DNA of 64,000 nucleotides, taken from contig NW_026889825.1 of NCBI RefSeq assembly GCF_033153115.1, forward strand, positions 1,984,001 to 2,048,000, written 5' to 3'. The notes beneath the pieces are model-generated. The model had not been told where the DNA came from, ran no database searches, and worked only from the letters and a program-made list of their open reading frames with translations. Origin of the DNA: Saccostrea echinata. Its lineage: Eukaryota. Of the stretch, positions 39,501 to 52,433 are shown piece by piece (positions within the stretch are counted from its first letter, which is position 1; every line of letters starts with the position of its first letter). The position numbers and the translations under genes were made by a program.

Positions 39501-42500
39501 GATACCAGTGTTCTATATTTAGATCTCAGGAGGTGCTGGTTTTGTGGGATCTCACCTTGTGGACAGGTTAATGTTAGAAGGTCATGAGGTCACCGTGGTC
39601 GACAACTTCTTCACTGGAAGGAAACGAAATGTGGAACACTGGATCGGGCATGAAAACTTCGAGTTAATCAACCATGACATTGTACAAACACTCTTTATAG
39701 AAGGTGAGTAAATGTAATCAGAGTTAATCAACCATGACATTGTACAAACACTCTTTATAGAAGATAAGTAAATGTAATCAGAGTTAATCAACCATGACAT
39801 TGTACAAACACTCTTTATAGAAGGTGAGTAAATGTAATCAGAGTTAATCAACCATGACATTGGACAAACACTCTTTATAGAAGATAAGTAAATGTAATCA
39901 TTGATGACATTTTACAACAGTTGTTTACAGAAGATAGACAAAGGACTATATATAATAAGAGTCATTTTTGGCCCCCATGAATCAAAATTTTTAAATGTGA
40001 ATCAGGTGATTTAAATTGTTTTTTATTAAGTAGAAGAGTTTATATCAAACATATTTTCAATACATTTGTCTCATTTATATACCCTTGCTGGCTGTAAATG
40101 ACATCAGATATGATTCTATTTTTTTTCAATCCAATCAAAATAAGACAAAAATGTGCCTTTTCTTGACATTTTTCCTATGGGAAACAATGAAAACAGTTTT
40201 GAACAAGCAAAATTTTTCTGTAAGTAAGTAGTTTTGGATAGATACATCTTTGGTGAAAATATAGGATTTGTCCAAGTGTGTGCTTAGTATTTTCTGGAAG
40301 ACAAAAAATGAGCAATTTTATACAAAATATGCTAGAGGCAAGAAATGGTGAATTTCATGACGTTATATTTCAAAATTAATGGCATTTTGATCAAATTGAA
40401 AATCACGAATAATCGTCACACGTATATCTGAACAAAGTAAACCTATATATTAAGTATGATTAAAATATTAATTTTAAGGGGCCGTTTGGGACACTTATCA
40501 TTTATAGTTCTTTACATGTAATAAACTGACATGTAACAATTGTTTACAGAAGGTAAGCAAATTTACATGTTATAACTTCTGACATGTAACTACAGGTAGT
40601 TATAGAAGGTGATGAAATACAATTTGATATTCTATACCAGGTACATGTACTTATATAAGGTAAGTACATTTAATAAACCATGTCATCTTTATAAATTATT
40701 TATTCCCTAAATTGGGTTAACATAACATTGGTTCTATCAGATATATCTTCTTTACCTGCCTTCAGGATTTTAAAGGTGTTCACCTCACTATAAATTAATT
40801 ATTTTTTGATGAATAAAAAAAGGTGTGTGCAAGGTTTGAGTAACTGAGAATCAAGTTTTTATGTGATGGATCAAAAGGTGGTGGACCAAAGAGGCCACTA
40901 CTAAGAGAACAATTTTTTTCTTGTCTATGGAATGGGGTTTTATTCCATTTTTCCAATGGAAGATCATTTTGATTTAAAATTTCTGTATTCCTTTATTTTT
41001 CATTCATTTTGCATCATACAAATAATATCAAATGTTATCTTTGCCAAGAGCTCATTATACGGTAATGTTTTGTCACAGATATTATCCCTATCCCCTTGAG
41101 GGTCCCCTTAGTGATTTTTCTTTATATGTTTAGATTTAGATGCATTTTTTCTGTGCAGTTTTCTTTCACAGTAATCCTTGAACATTAAAAAAACTGAAAA
41201 AATCATTGCATTACCAAGTACCCTTTAAGCTGATCTTTCAAAAATCTTTAAAGTTATGGTGCAATGAAGGAATGATTATAAGACTTACGGTAGTATATTT
41301 CTCAGTATTTAAGAATTATTTTGTCCATGCTTTTTCCTTCATAACCTGGAGATAGAAACCTGAAACATTCAGAGGTAATAATATATTCTTAACATTTGCA
41401 TCTTGAATTTCATTTTTATCAGCAGTATACTTATGGTGTCTCACTGGAAGTGGTACAAAAAATTGCTGATTTTTTTTTCACCTGCAAAACCTTTTTCTTA
41501 AAACACCTCCTGTTGCTTAATATGAGGTCCTACTTTTATGGCCTTTAAATTTTCACTGGACATGCAATCTGTTTGAAAGTAGAATTAGCCCATGAAATGA
41601 AATTCAATCATTTTTGCAGGAAAAATTTCTTATCTTCACTCATATTTTATTAATTTTTGAAATTCATTGCATACCAGCCAATTTTATGAAAGGCTGACAT
41701 CTTGTGTGAGCCACAAGCAATGCATTTAGTTATCCTTGTATTTAATATTTCTTTCAGTGGACCAGATTTATCATCTTGCTTCCCCAGCCTCTCCTCCTAA
41801 CTACATGTACAACCCAGTAAAGACTATCAAAACAAATACCATAGGAACCAACAACATGTTGGGTAGGTACTCAATAGCTAACTGTACAACCCAGTTAAGA
41901 CTATCAAAACAAGCACCATAGGAACCAACAACATGCTGGGTAGGTACTCAACATAAACAACTAACTGTACAACCCAGTAAAGACTATCAAAACAAATACA
42001 TGTACCATAGGAACCAACAACATGCTGGGTAGGTACTCAATATAAACAACTAACTGTACAACCCAGTAAAGATTATCAAAACAAACACCAAAGGAACCAA
42101 CAACATGCTGGGTAGGTACTCAATATTAACAACTAACTGTACAACCCAGTAAAGACTATCAAAACAAACACCAAAGGAACCAACAACATGCTGGGTAGGT
42201 ACTCATTATAAACAACTAACTGTACAACCCAGTAAAGATTATCAAAACAAACACCAAAGGAACCAACAACATGCTGGGTAGGTACTCAATACAAACAACT
42301 AACTGTACAACCCAGTAAAGATTATCAAAACAAACACCAAAGGAACCAACAACATGCTGGGTAGGTACTCAATATAAACAACTAACTGTACAACCCAGTA
42401 AAGATTATCAAAACAAACACCAAAGGAACCAACAAGATGTTGGGTAGGTACTCAATATAAACAACTAACTGTACAACCCAGTAAAGACTATCAAAACAAA

Positions 42501-45500
42501 CACCAAAGGAACCAACAAGATGTTGGGTAGGTACTCAAAAGCTAACTGTACAACCCAGTAAAGATAGGTACTCAAAAGCTAACTGTACAACCCTGTAAAG
42601 ATAGGTACTCAAAAGCTAACTCTACAACCCTGTAAAGATAGGTACTCAAAAGCTAACTCTACAACCCTGTAAAGACTATCAAAACAAACACCAAAGGAAC
42701 CAACAACATGCTGGGTAGGTACTCAATAGCTAACTGTACAACCCAGTTAAGACTATCAAAACAAGCACCATAGGAACCAACAACATGCTGGGTAGGTACT
42801 CAACATAAACAACTAACTGTACAACCCAGTAAAGACTATCAAAACAAATACATGTACCATAGGAACCAACAACATGCTGGGTAGGTACTCAATATAAACA
42901 ACTAACTGTACAACCCAGTAAAGATTATCAAAACAAACACCAAAGGAACCAACAACATGCTGGGTAGGTACTCAATATTAACAACTAACTGTACAACCCA
43001 GTAAAGACTATCAAAACAAACACCAAAGGAACCAACAACATGCTGGGTAGGTACTCAATATAAACAACTAACTGTACAACCCAGTAAAGATTATCAAAAC
43101 AAACACCAAAGGAACCAACAACATGCTGGGTAGGTACTCAATACAAACAACTAACTGTACAACCCAGTAAAGATTATCAAAACAAACACCAAAGGAACCA
43201 ACAACATGCTGGGTAGGTACTCAATATAAACAACTAACTGTACAACCCAGTAAAGATTATCAAAACAAACACCAAAGGAACCAACAAGATGTTGGGTAGG
43301 TACTCAATATAAACAACTAACTGTACAACCCAGTAAAGACTATCAAAACAAACACCAAAGGAACCAACAAGATGTTGGGTAGGTACTCAAAAGCTAACTG
43401 TACAACCCAGTAAAGATAGGTACTCAAAAGCTAACTGTACAACCCTGTAAAGATAGGTACTCAAAAGCTAACTGTACAACCCTGTAAAGATAGGTACTCA
43501 AAAGCTAACTGTACAACCCTGTAAAGACTATCAAAACAAACACCAAAGGAACCAACAACATGCTGGGTAGGTACTCAATATAAACAACTAACTGTACAAC
43601 CCAGTAAAGACTATCAAAACAAACACCAAAGGAACCAACAACATGCTGGGTAGGTACGCAATATAAACAACTAACTGTACAACCCAGTAAAGACTATCAA
43701 ATCAAACACCATAGGAACCAACAACATCCTGGGTAGGTACTCAATATAAACAACTAACTGTACAACCCAGTAAAGACTATCAAAACAAACACCTTAGGAA
43801 CCAACAACATGCTGGGTAGGTACTCAATGTAAATAACTACATGTATAAAAAATTAAGATCATGAATTTCATAAGCAATCAAAACTGTAGAAAGAAATACA
43901 TTTAGTAATATGGACTCTGACAGCAAATTGTATTAACTTTGCTTTATATTAACTAAAAGCTTAGAATATCTTAAGTTACATTAAGTGGAGTGTTGCAAAA
44001 ACAGACTAGAAATCAGGGTCATTAAAGTGGAAATTGGTTACAAAACAGCCCCAAGCAAGGTGTAATGCCTGTTTCTTTATTGAATATAAACATAAATTTA
44101 CCTATACATATATTAAAAGAATATGTTTGTATATTAGATATGTATTATGATGTATTGTAGGCTTAACTAAGAGGGTGAGAGGAAGGCTCCTATTGGCCTC
44201 AACATCTGAAGTATACGGTGGTATGTACATCATTGGACACAATTTGGATGCATTATTTATATACAGCATACACCAGAGGCCTGTTCAACAGAGCAACCAT
44301 TTTCGAGTGGTCTCCAAAATTCCTTATCCCTCCAACAGAAATGTTCATGAGCACTTGCGAAAGTTCCCTCCGTTGAACAGGCCTCTGAATTTGGTATATG
44401 TAGCAGATGAATTGCTTACAGGTACAGTAAAACTTGTCTAATCCTGACACTACTGGTTCCATAGAAACTGATCACAGACTGCCAACCCCTTTTGGTAGAA
44501 AAGCATAATAAGCCAGTGTCCTGGGTCTGCAAGTGCCCCAAACTGCTGAGAAGACCTCAGTCAATGAAGATGAAAGATACTCACTTTAAAGTTGGTTTAC
44601 TTAGTAAAGTTTCAAGATCCTATAACTTTATATTTACCAACTAGATGCACATTAGTCTCAAATATTCATCAGTGGTGTTAATCAAATGATGAAAACCATT
44701 CTGTATAAAGAGGAATACTGGTACCTCAAACTAAACTTCTGACCAAAAAAAGTAAAACAAATCCTGATTTCACACAACGTCTTTACTTGAGTATTGAAAA
44801 AGTAATCATATGGTGCACTTTTAAGGTGACAAATCATAAAACTACGATAAAATTGTAATAGTTGGCAACTCAGTGACTGGATTAGATAACATTCCAGATT
44901 AGGCAACATTTTAAACTACTGAATTTACTGAAAGGAGGTTAAAGTTCACATTGTAATATGCAAGATTTCGGAATACACAACATCCAGATTAGACAAGTTT
45001 TACTGTACCAGTTACTGCACATCCCATTTCTACACAGTACCCCTTTTCCATTTTTCTGTCATCTTCCAAGATTTTAAACATACATGTAGATGCAAAGTGG
45101 ATTTTGTACTTGTACAAGGTAGTTTATTGCTTTGTGAATTCAATATTTTACATATAAATTACATCATTTCACTTGATATTTGAATATAAGTAGAGTTTTA
45201 TAATGTTCACTTTTACCATCTAGTGAGCTGATGCAGTCATCCATCACAAAAATAAACAATTTGTACAGTAACAAATATTGATGATATGGCAATTCTATGC
45301 TCAAGTTACTGGAGAAAGTACACCCTGTCAATTTGAACCTTTCTGCAAAACTGATGCCAGAGAGCTTTATTTAAATACTTCTTTAGCTCTCAACGTGTCT
45401 GTTAAAATACATAAACTGTAAAACTCAGTCATAAGGACTGGTACTTCAAATTTCACTTCCTTTTAACCAATATATCTTTATAGGAGATATATAGCAAAAG

Positions 45501-48500
45501 GTCACCAAGGGAATTCATGAAATATTCCATATAACCAAGATTTCCTTATAACTGAGTTCCTTATTTTCTGTAGACCCTGAAGTTCACCCACAACCTGAGG
45601 AATACTGGGGACATGTGAACCCAATTGGTCCTAGAGCCTGCTATGACGAGGGAAAGAGAGTGGCTGAAACCATGTGTTATGCCTATGCTAAACAGGTATT
45701 ATGTTAACTGAAGTGTTATGATTCTTAATAAAAAATATAGGAAACTATATCTTCATAAAAAAAATGTTATGTTGGGAATGGAAAAGAGAAATATCCATGA
45801 CTTGCACTTCTTTCATATCCCTCCATACACACTGCCTAGAATACTTTAACATTCTAATCTTTAATTTTATTAAAGACATTAAGATCATTTCAACTACATG
45901 TACACTGGAACAATGTATTATTGAGTTCAAAATTTAGAAAAGAATGTAGCAGCTTTAGAGAGCACTTTATTGTTAAAAAAAGCAGGTTGACTTTCAGCTC
46001 AGTATCTATTAAGTGTTTCCATCTCACTGTTATTAATGCTTCATTAGCAAGTGAATGAAAATAATAATTTTCAATTCTGTGTTTTAGGATGGAGTACAAG
46101 TAAGGGTGGCCAGAATTTTTAATACTTTTGGTCCCAGAATGCACATGAATGATGGCCGAGTGGTCAGTAACTTCATTCTGCAGGCTTTACAGGGACAGAA
46201 TATTACTGTAAGTACTGGCTGAAAGGATGTGTTCCTCATTTGCAGCAGAACACAGCTATAGAGAATACACATACTCAAAATAAACTATTATTCTTCACAA
46301 TTTTTATTCACAATTTGCCAGTTTGAAATCCATACATAACTATTAAGGTTCATTGATACTCTGATAAGAGAGATAACTCTAAATGACTTAAATGTCTATA
46401 ATTCCTTTATAGATTTGTCAAGTTAAAAGTGTCTTTTTGGTTTAATTTTTATTGGTTTAATAATTGTTTGTATTTTACTTATAAAATACATTTCTTTCGG
46501 AAAATCATAAAAGTTAAAGCAATATTTTATATGAGTGATCAGAGGATCTATGAACCTTAATTTCTGCAACCCAGGAAACATTTATCATAGGTATGGAATT
46601 AAGGTTAATTGATCCTGTGATAAAAAAGATAACTCTTAAATGACTATTATTGTCAATTTAAAAGGTCATTTCTATCAAATTTTCCCCATCAAGGTATGAT
46701 GAAATTATGTGTATTTTAATCATGAATTTGATAGAATATCATTAGCCTTAAAGCAGAGTTTTATGTGAGGGACCAGAGGGGTGAACAACCTTAAATGAAT
46801 GGTTTCAGCTAAATACAGTCAAACCTCGTTATCTCGAACTCAATGGGACCAAGAAAAAACTTCGAGATATCCAAGGATTCGAGATATCCAGTGTAAAATA
46901 CTAAAAGAATATGGCGTTGGGACTTCCAAATCACTTCAACATATCCATGGTATTCGAGATATCCGTGTTCAAGATACTGAAGTTCAACTGTATTGCATGA
47001 GCAAAAAATAAGAATGCAAATCTCACAAATATATTTTGCTTATGAAGTTACTATAATAGGCAAGGTTGGCCGATATTGTATTGCCATATCCTAATTTCTT
47101 CCAGTTAATCTTTCATTAACTTTCTAGTACCGAGTGAAAAAAATATTTACATGCAGTTTATTCTAGGCTGAATTTATAATACCTGTGTTTGCTTTAAAAC
47201 ATGTTTTGTTGTACTATAGTGATAATTCTTTATATTTTAAAATTGTGATTTTATTCATTTTAATTGAATGAAATTAATGTATGTACATTGTACATGAGTG
47301 TTCCTTAGGTTGTTTCTTGGCCTGTTTCATATAATTATGCTAAAAGGGATTATTAGGAAACTTGCTTTTATTCAGCTTCCTGTCTCTGCAGCTATTATTG
47401 CAAAAACTGAAATTGACCACTCATTTATGAATAGGTGTATGGATCAGGAAAACAGACTCGATCTTTCCAGTATGTTTCTGACCTGGTCGATGGTCTTATT
47501 AAGCTGATGAATTCTAATTACTCCCAACCAATCAACTTAGGAAATCCTGAGGAACACACCATCGTGGATTTTGCTACAATTATCAAAGATTTAGTTGGTA
47601 CGTAAAAACATTCTTCAGTTAAAGTAAAAGAATCTCCTTCAAATGAGTTGGTACATGTAAAGAGAATTACTTCAAATGTCCCAAATATATTTATTATAAT
47701 TTCATGTTAAATACTAAAATCTGATTGGTTTAGATGCATTTAACAATCCGTAATGTTACCTTCACCGTTAGCAACACACTTGACAACGGGTAACTTTACG
47801 AAAATGTCACATGCGTTCAAATCATGCGCGTACAGTTCACCGTAGAATTCTCAAAACGTCGGTTGTGCGTTTTAAAGAAGCCGAATAAACGACGTCAATA
47901 AAAGCTTGCGTCCGATGTAGCTTACTTGAAAACAACAAACGACAGATGAAACATCCTTGCGAGTGCAAACTTTAGATGATAAAGGACTTTTTGAGTAGTA
48001 AACAAACAATAAAGAGGTTAATTGGTAAATCTTTTCCGAAGCTTTCTTATTGAGAAAAATAGAAGCAGGGAGGTTGAAAGCTTTCTAAGCGTGAACTTAA
48101 CTTAATCTCCGAATTTTTTTTATGACATCCGAAATCAATAAGACATTCAGTATAATAAAATAAATAGTGCACGTCTTTGAGTGTAACTGTTGAAATTGAC
48201 ACCCCAAGGAAAACCATTGTCAACCTCTGCTCGGTTGACAATGGTTTTCCTTGGGGTGTCAATTTCAACTGTTACCCTCAAGAACATGCACTATTTATAT
48301 AACATTTTCCCAAAATGGTTTGAAAAATATATTACATGAAGGTTGTCCCATAAAATTTCACACAATTGGGATATTTTTCTTAATTTTACAAAGTAAGGAA
48401 AACTCAGAGACAGTGAATGTTATATTCAGTCATATGTTCAAATTCTTGTAAAATTTAAAATTTTGTTATTTTCTTTTTAAATTTTGACCAATATACATGT

Positions 48501-49447
48501 ACTAACCCATGATACAGCAGTAAAATAATTTATTCATTTTACTAGGCAAAGCAAAGAATGACATTTTCTTTTATTATTTAATCCTGTTAACCTAAAATAA
48601 AATGATTATTTTCTATAGTTGTTTGTTGGCACCTTTTTATACACACATGCTTGCTCTTTTAAATAATGTGACCCTTCAAGTTATTTCCCTTTCCCAATAT
48701 TGGTTACTTTTCCTAATCTCTTTTGTAGAAGAGTTCTGATCAAAGAAGTTATTCAAAACTGATGTACTAGCACATAAAGTAACTACAGATTAACTAATCT
48801 ACCTGAAGTCATGCTTCTATATCATTCTGACTAATCATGGCTTTGCTGCTTTTAAGAAGAATTTTTTTAAAGACTTTTTCCTGTATATTCCTTTTTAAAA
48901 CTTAAGTTGCCCATTGTGGCCTCAGCCTGCAGAGGAACATAGTTTTCTGTCTTTCCTTTGAAGGTGGATCCAGCCAGATTGTATATAAACCTGCTATGCA
49001 AGATGACCCGAGGAAAAGAAAACCTGACATAACCAAAGCAAAGAAGTATCTGAAATGGTCACCCCAGGTAATGAGAAACCAGAAATTACTTAAATTACTG
49101 AATGCAGTACATGGCTTAAACTCATTATAAAGAAAATAGTTGATTCAGTTTCAGGGGCACAGTGGCAAAATGATTGCTCTTCTTCAATGTTATTTTGTTA
49201 CTTACACAAGCATTTAATTCTTTATTATTTCCATTGATCTAATAGTGCTTGATAATGAAACTAGCTCTTTATATATTATCTTACAGATACAAGTGCATGG
49301 ATACTCGATTTTGTTTTGTACTTGAAACCTTCTTCTTTTTTTTTACAGGTGCCAATGATTGAAGGAATAAAGAAAACAATAGAATATTTTAGAAATGAAT
49401 TAAAGAGAACACGCCACAGTGAAAGAAATTTACATTTTCCGAATTAA
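30517..49447 (+). CDS. UXS1: UDP-glucuronic acid decarboxylase 1 (UDP-xylose synthase), 420 aa, 12 exons
   Basis: Exons 30517-30640, 31512-31548, 31704-31793, 38576-38633, 39523-39703, 41758-41862, 44161-44220, 45574-45695, 46088-46207, 47435-47597, 48964-49067, 49349-49447 (1263 nt, open). N-terminal signal anchor ([22 protein letters not shown]), then [43 protein letters not shown] (SDR YxxxK), [21 protein letters not shown]. Confidence 0.96.
32755..35996. mobile_element. 3.2-kb non-autonomous Tc1/mariner(pogo)-type element in UXS1 intron 3
   Basis: Perfect 27-bp TIR CAGTACAGGCAACGCGGATCCCGTATT with TA TSDs (32753-54, 35997-98); CpG-rich subterminal CCGCG repeats; no transposase ORF in the sequenced part. 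Confidence 0.9.
33385..33520. other. Assembly gap (136 N)
   Basis: Run of N. Confidence 0.99.
39661..39940 (+). repeat. 60-bp tandem array (4 near-perfect copies plus decayed ones) spanning the UXS1 exon 5 donor
   Basis: GAGTTAATCAACCATGACATTGTACAAACACTCTTTATAGAAG|GTGAGTAAATGTAATCA at 39661, 39721, 39781, 39841. Confidence 0.95.
39940..40513. mobile_element. Kolobok-like MITE inserted in the decayed tail of the 60-bp array
   Basis: Imperfect TIRs AAAGGACTATATATAATAAGAGTC...GGCCCC vs GGGGCC...GACACTTATCATTTATAGTTCTTT. Confidence 0.6.
41797..43846 (+). repeat. ~2-kb tandem array (~83-bp unit, 22 long and 6 short copies) spanning the UXS1 exon 6 donor
   Basis: Unit AACTAACTGTACAACCCAGTAAAGACTATCAAAACAAACACCAAAGGAACCAACAACATGCTGG|GTAGGTACTCAATATAAAC; 852-bp higher-order duplication. 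Confidence 0.96.
44274..44387. mobile_element. Very small MITE (114 bp)
   Basis: 16-bp perfect TIR CAGAGGCCTGTTCAAC...GTTGAACAGGCCTCTG; no clear TSD. Confidence 0.55.
46816..46990. mobile_element. Short Tc1/mariner (Tigger-like) MITE; related or similar short elements near 15400-15560, 19362-19541, 23130-23308, 24041-24191, 24828-25010 and 26529-26730
   Basis: TA|CAGTCAAACCTCGTTATCTCGAAC ... TTCAAGATACTGAAGTTCAACTG|TA with internal TTCGAGATATCC repeats. Confidence 0.75.
47690..48300. mobile_element. Non-autonomous element ending in a long hairpin (possibly Crypton-like)
   Basis: CpG-rich interior and a ~65-bp inverted repeat at 48160-48298 with a 37-bp perfect core. Family assignment tentative. 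Confidence 0.5.
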
Positions 49448-52135
49448 AATACATGTATAGTACTGTATCAATAAGGCAGAAATATTTTAGAGAGCACATC
49501 TTAGAAAGAAGAACCGGTTATTTATGTTTCTGTATATCATATGCTAAGACATTAAATTCTTTTCAGCTCTGCTCAACTGAAAATTATATGAAATTGTGTT
49601 AATATATTTAATTGTGATGCATCTTTGTTATACATTCCATCTTTTATGTATTTTATCATGTTCAATTGATTAAGAACATTTTTTTTTCATATTGTATATG
49701 TATTTTTATCAGTTTACTACTCTGCTAATTAATAATGGACTGGATGTGCATGTATCTAATGTCTCAAAGTTCAGCCCTGTGGAGTTTTATTAGCCTTTTT
49801 CTTTAAATACAAAAAAGTTCTTACGGTACATGTACTTGGATTAAAATGTACAAAATATTGAATATTTGCATACATAATGTGGTATATTTTCCGTTTATTA
49901 AAGTTTACACGTTATATAATTTGCTGTTGCTTTTTTGACACTGTCTTTGCGTATACATGTACATATCTTTTTAGCTTATTGGCATTCGCAAATATTTTAT
50001 TTTAGAGGATGTATAATAATATGAAATGCATAAATATTGTCCATTCTGTTTTGTAGCTTTTTGAATCCATTCAATAGTATTTATTATTTCAAATCCTTAA
50101 GTGCTGTATATTTATTTTGTTTTAAATAATATTTTTTATCATACTTTTTGTCTAAAACAAATGGATATGAAATCCTGTAATTCATGTACATCAGTGGAAC
50201 TTATTGAATATAACTTTTTTTGATTTGTTTGTTCAAATGTATCATTCTCAGCTGTACGTATGACTCAAGTTAAATTTTAAAATTGGAATATCCAGGTGTA
50301 TGGAAAATGAATTGTGCCATAATACAATTAACCAGGCCGCAATGATTAATTGCGCTTTGTTTTTTTTTTTCCTTGGTGTATTGGAAAAGAATACTCAAAT
50401 CATGATACACATTATCAATTTTTTTTTCTTGTGCCATAATTTATTGAGTTTAGAGGACTAGGACATAGAAACACCCTCTCCACTCCTCTCCATAATGTTC
50501 AGTCAATTTCTAAGGAAAAAATCATATTGAAAATAAATTGGAGATTTATTTATGACTGGCTGAAACTGCTTAAAAGTTTTGTCTCTGATGCCACAGATGT
50601 GGTGGATTTCTCCTTATACCTGAAATCATCAATAAAAAATGTCAAATTTCTTGTACTTTAGGTTAAATATTATTATTCTCCATGTTGTTTCAAAAAAAGG
50701 AGTCTGGGAAGACCCAGGCTAAGTGTTTTTAGAAAAGAAAAGTGGACATAAATATGTGGACTGTACTCTAAGGATCCATCGTCGGACACCCATGGGTGAT
50801 CTTGCCTTAAAAGACCAGATCACTCATGGAAACCTGATGATGCTAAGGATCATCAAAATTTGCAATTAAGGTTAATTTTCCCAGAGTTACTGTAATTTTA
50901 GCACATACTAATTCGAGGTTATTTTTGTGATGTAGAGATAGTAATTACTATTGTTCCAATAAGGTCTTTGTTTCTGTTTTTCTTTGAAATTATAATTTTC
51001 AAGAAATGCTATCATTTTCATTCATGTAGTTGTACCCGTGAAACATATTAAATCTGATCTTTACATTTTATTGAAGAGTTTGTGAGCTTACTCAGTGTAG
51101 TTTCCTTGTATATTGTTTTATTGGGAAAACGTCATTATCTATTTACAAAGATGTTGGGCACTGTTTCTATTTTAACAACCACAGGACCATAAAGTTCAAA
51201 TAGATACGAATAAAAAAACCAAAAATTTCTTCTTTCTTTGGTTACAAGGAATGTAGCGATAGCAGTCAATGGAAGAAAAAAATTGTGCATGTTTCTGCAG
51301 TGTTGGAATTGTTCATACATTTGAAAAAAATTCAAAGGAAACGTTTTAATGCTTAAATGTTTTCAAATATTTATATGTAACAGTGAGGTTTACAATCCAA
51401 AAAGGACAAGTAGGATATGTAAAGAAAAAATATAAAATTATAAAAACTGTGGCCTAACAATTGGGGCACCAAAATTAGAGATTTATCAGCTTGTAGGGAA
51501 TAGAGGAGAAAGGGAGATTGAGGTAAACAGTATTTATCTCCATTCACCTATAAATTATTACTAATCATATTTATTTAAAATTGCAACTGACTTTTTGAGG
51601 AAAAATTGAATAGTTTAAGCATAAGGCAGTACCCCACTGACACGACAAGTAACGTCCGATAAAACCAAAAAAGCAAAAGGTCACTGAATCAACAAATTTA
51701 ATGTGCAGTGCCTTAAAATGATTTGCATGAAAACAATAGAAAAAAGAAGCTCCTGAAAAATCCCACAGTTGATGTTCAAGACAGGAAAAAAGGAACAGAA
51801 AACTTCAGCTTTTCGAACTCGTGCAGGTCTTTCAGAGCAACAACGAAGATAACAGGGTTAGAGGGAAGTGATGTATTTACCAATGCCTATTAAAACAAAA
51901 AAAAATGTGATCAATAGCCTTGAAAATTTTAAGGAAAAGGTGGGGGGGGGGGGGGGGGGAGGGGGCAAAGAATCGATGTGTTGGATTTGATTAAAGAAAG
52001 GACGCAAAGGAAAGAATATAGAATCTAGAAATATCTATAAGCTTTACAGATAAAGCATAAATCTTTCCTAAACCAGCAGGTATATTAGAATTAATGCTTT
52101 CTACCACGAACAATATAAATGTAGAACTGTGCAAG

Positions 52136-52433
52136 TTTGTTTGTTTGTTGTTTAACGTCCCTCTCGAGAATTTTTCACTCATATGGAGACGCCACCACTT
52201 GCCGGTGGAGAGCTACAAATTTTGTCCTATACTCGGCACTTACGGCCATTGAGCAGTGAGGGGTCTTTTTCGTGCCAGCACCTACTGCGACACGGGACCT
52301 CGGTTTATACGGTCTAATCCGAAGGACCGGTGTCCACGTCCCACAGTGGGATTCGAACCCGCGACGTAAGGATCAACTCCTTACTCCGCGACTCTAGAGC
52401 AGACGCTCTAACCACTGCGCCACGCGGGCGACC
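52136..52433 (-). mobile_element. tRNA-derived SINE, full length
   Basis: Minus strand: A box TGGCGCAGTGG, B box GGTTCGAATCC, (AAAC)n tail; perfect 10-bp TSD ACTGTGCAAG at 52126-52135 and 52434-52443. Confidence 0.92.

Noticed and set aside
39582-39860. Minus-strand 92-aa repetitive ORF
   Set aside because: Antisense reading of UXS1 exon 5 and its 60-bp array.
41797-43846. CRISPR-like array
   Set aside because: Units are contiguous near-identical repeats without unique spacers, derived from UXS1 exon 6; eukaryotic context and no cas genes.
52330-52433. Functional tRNA gene (possible CTA anticodon)
   Set aside because: Anticodon and acceptor stems do not pair cleanly; it continues into a SINE body with (AAAC)n tail and TSD.
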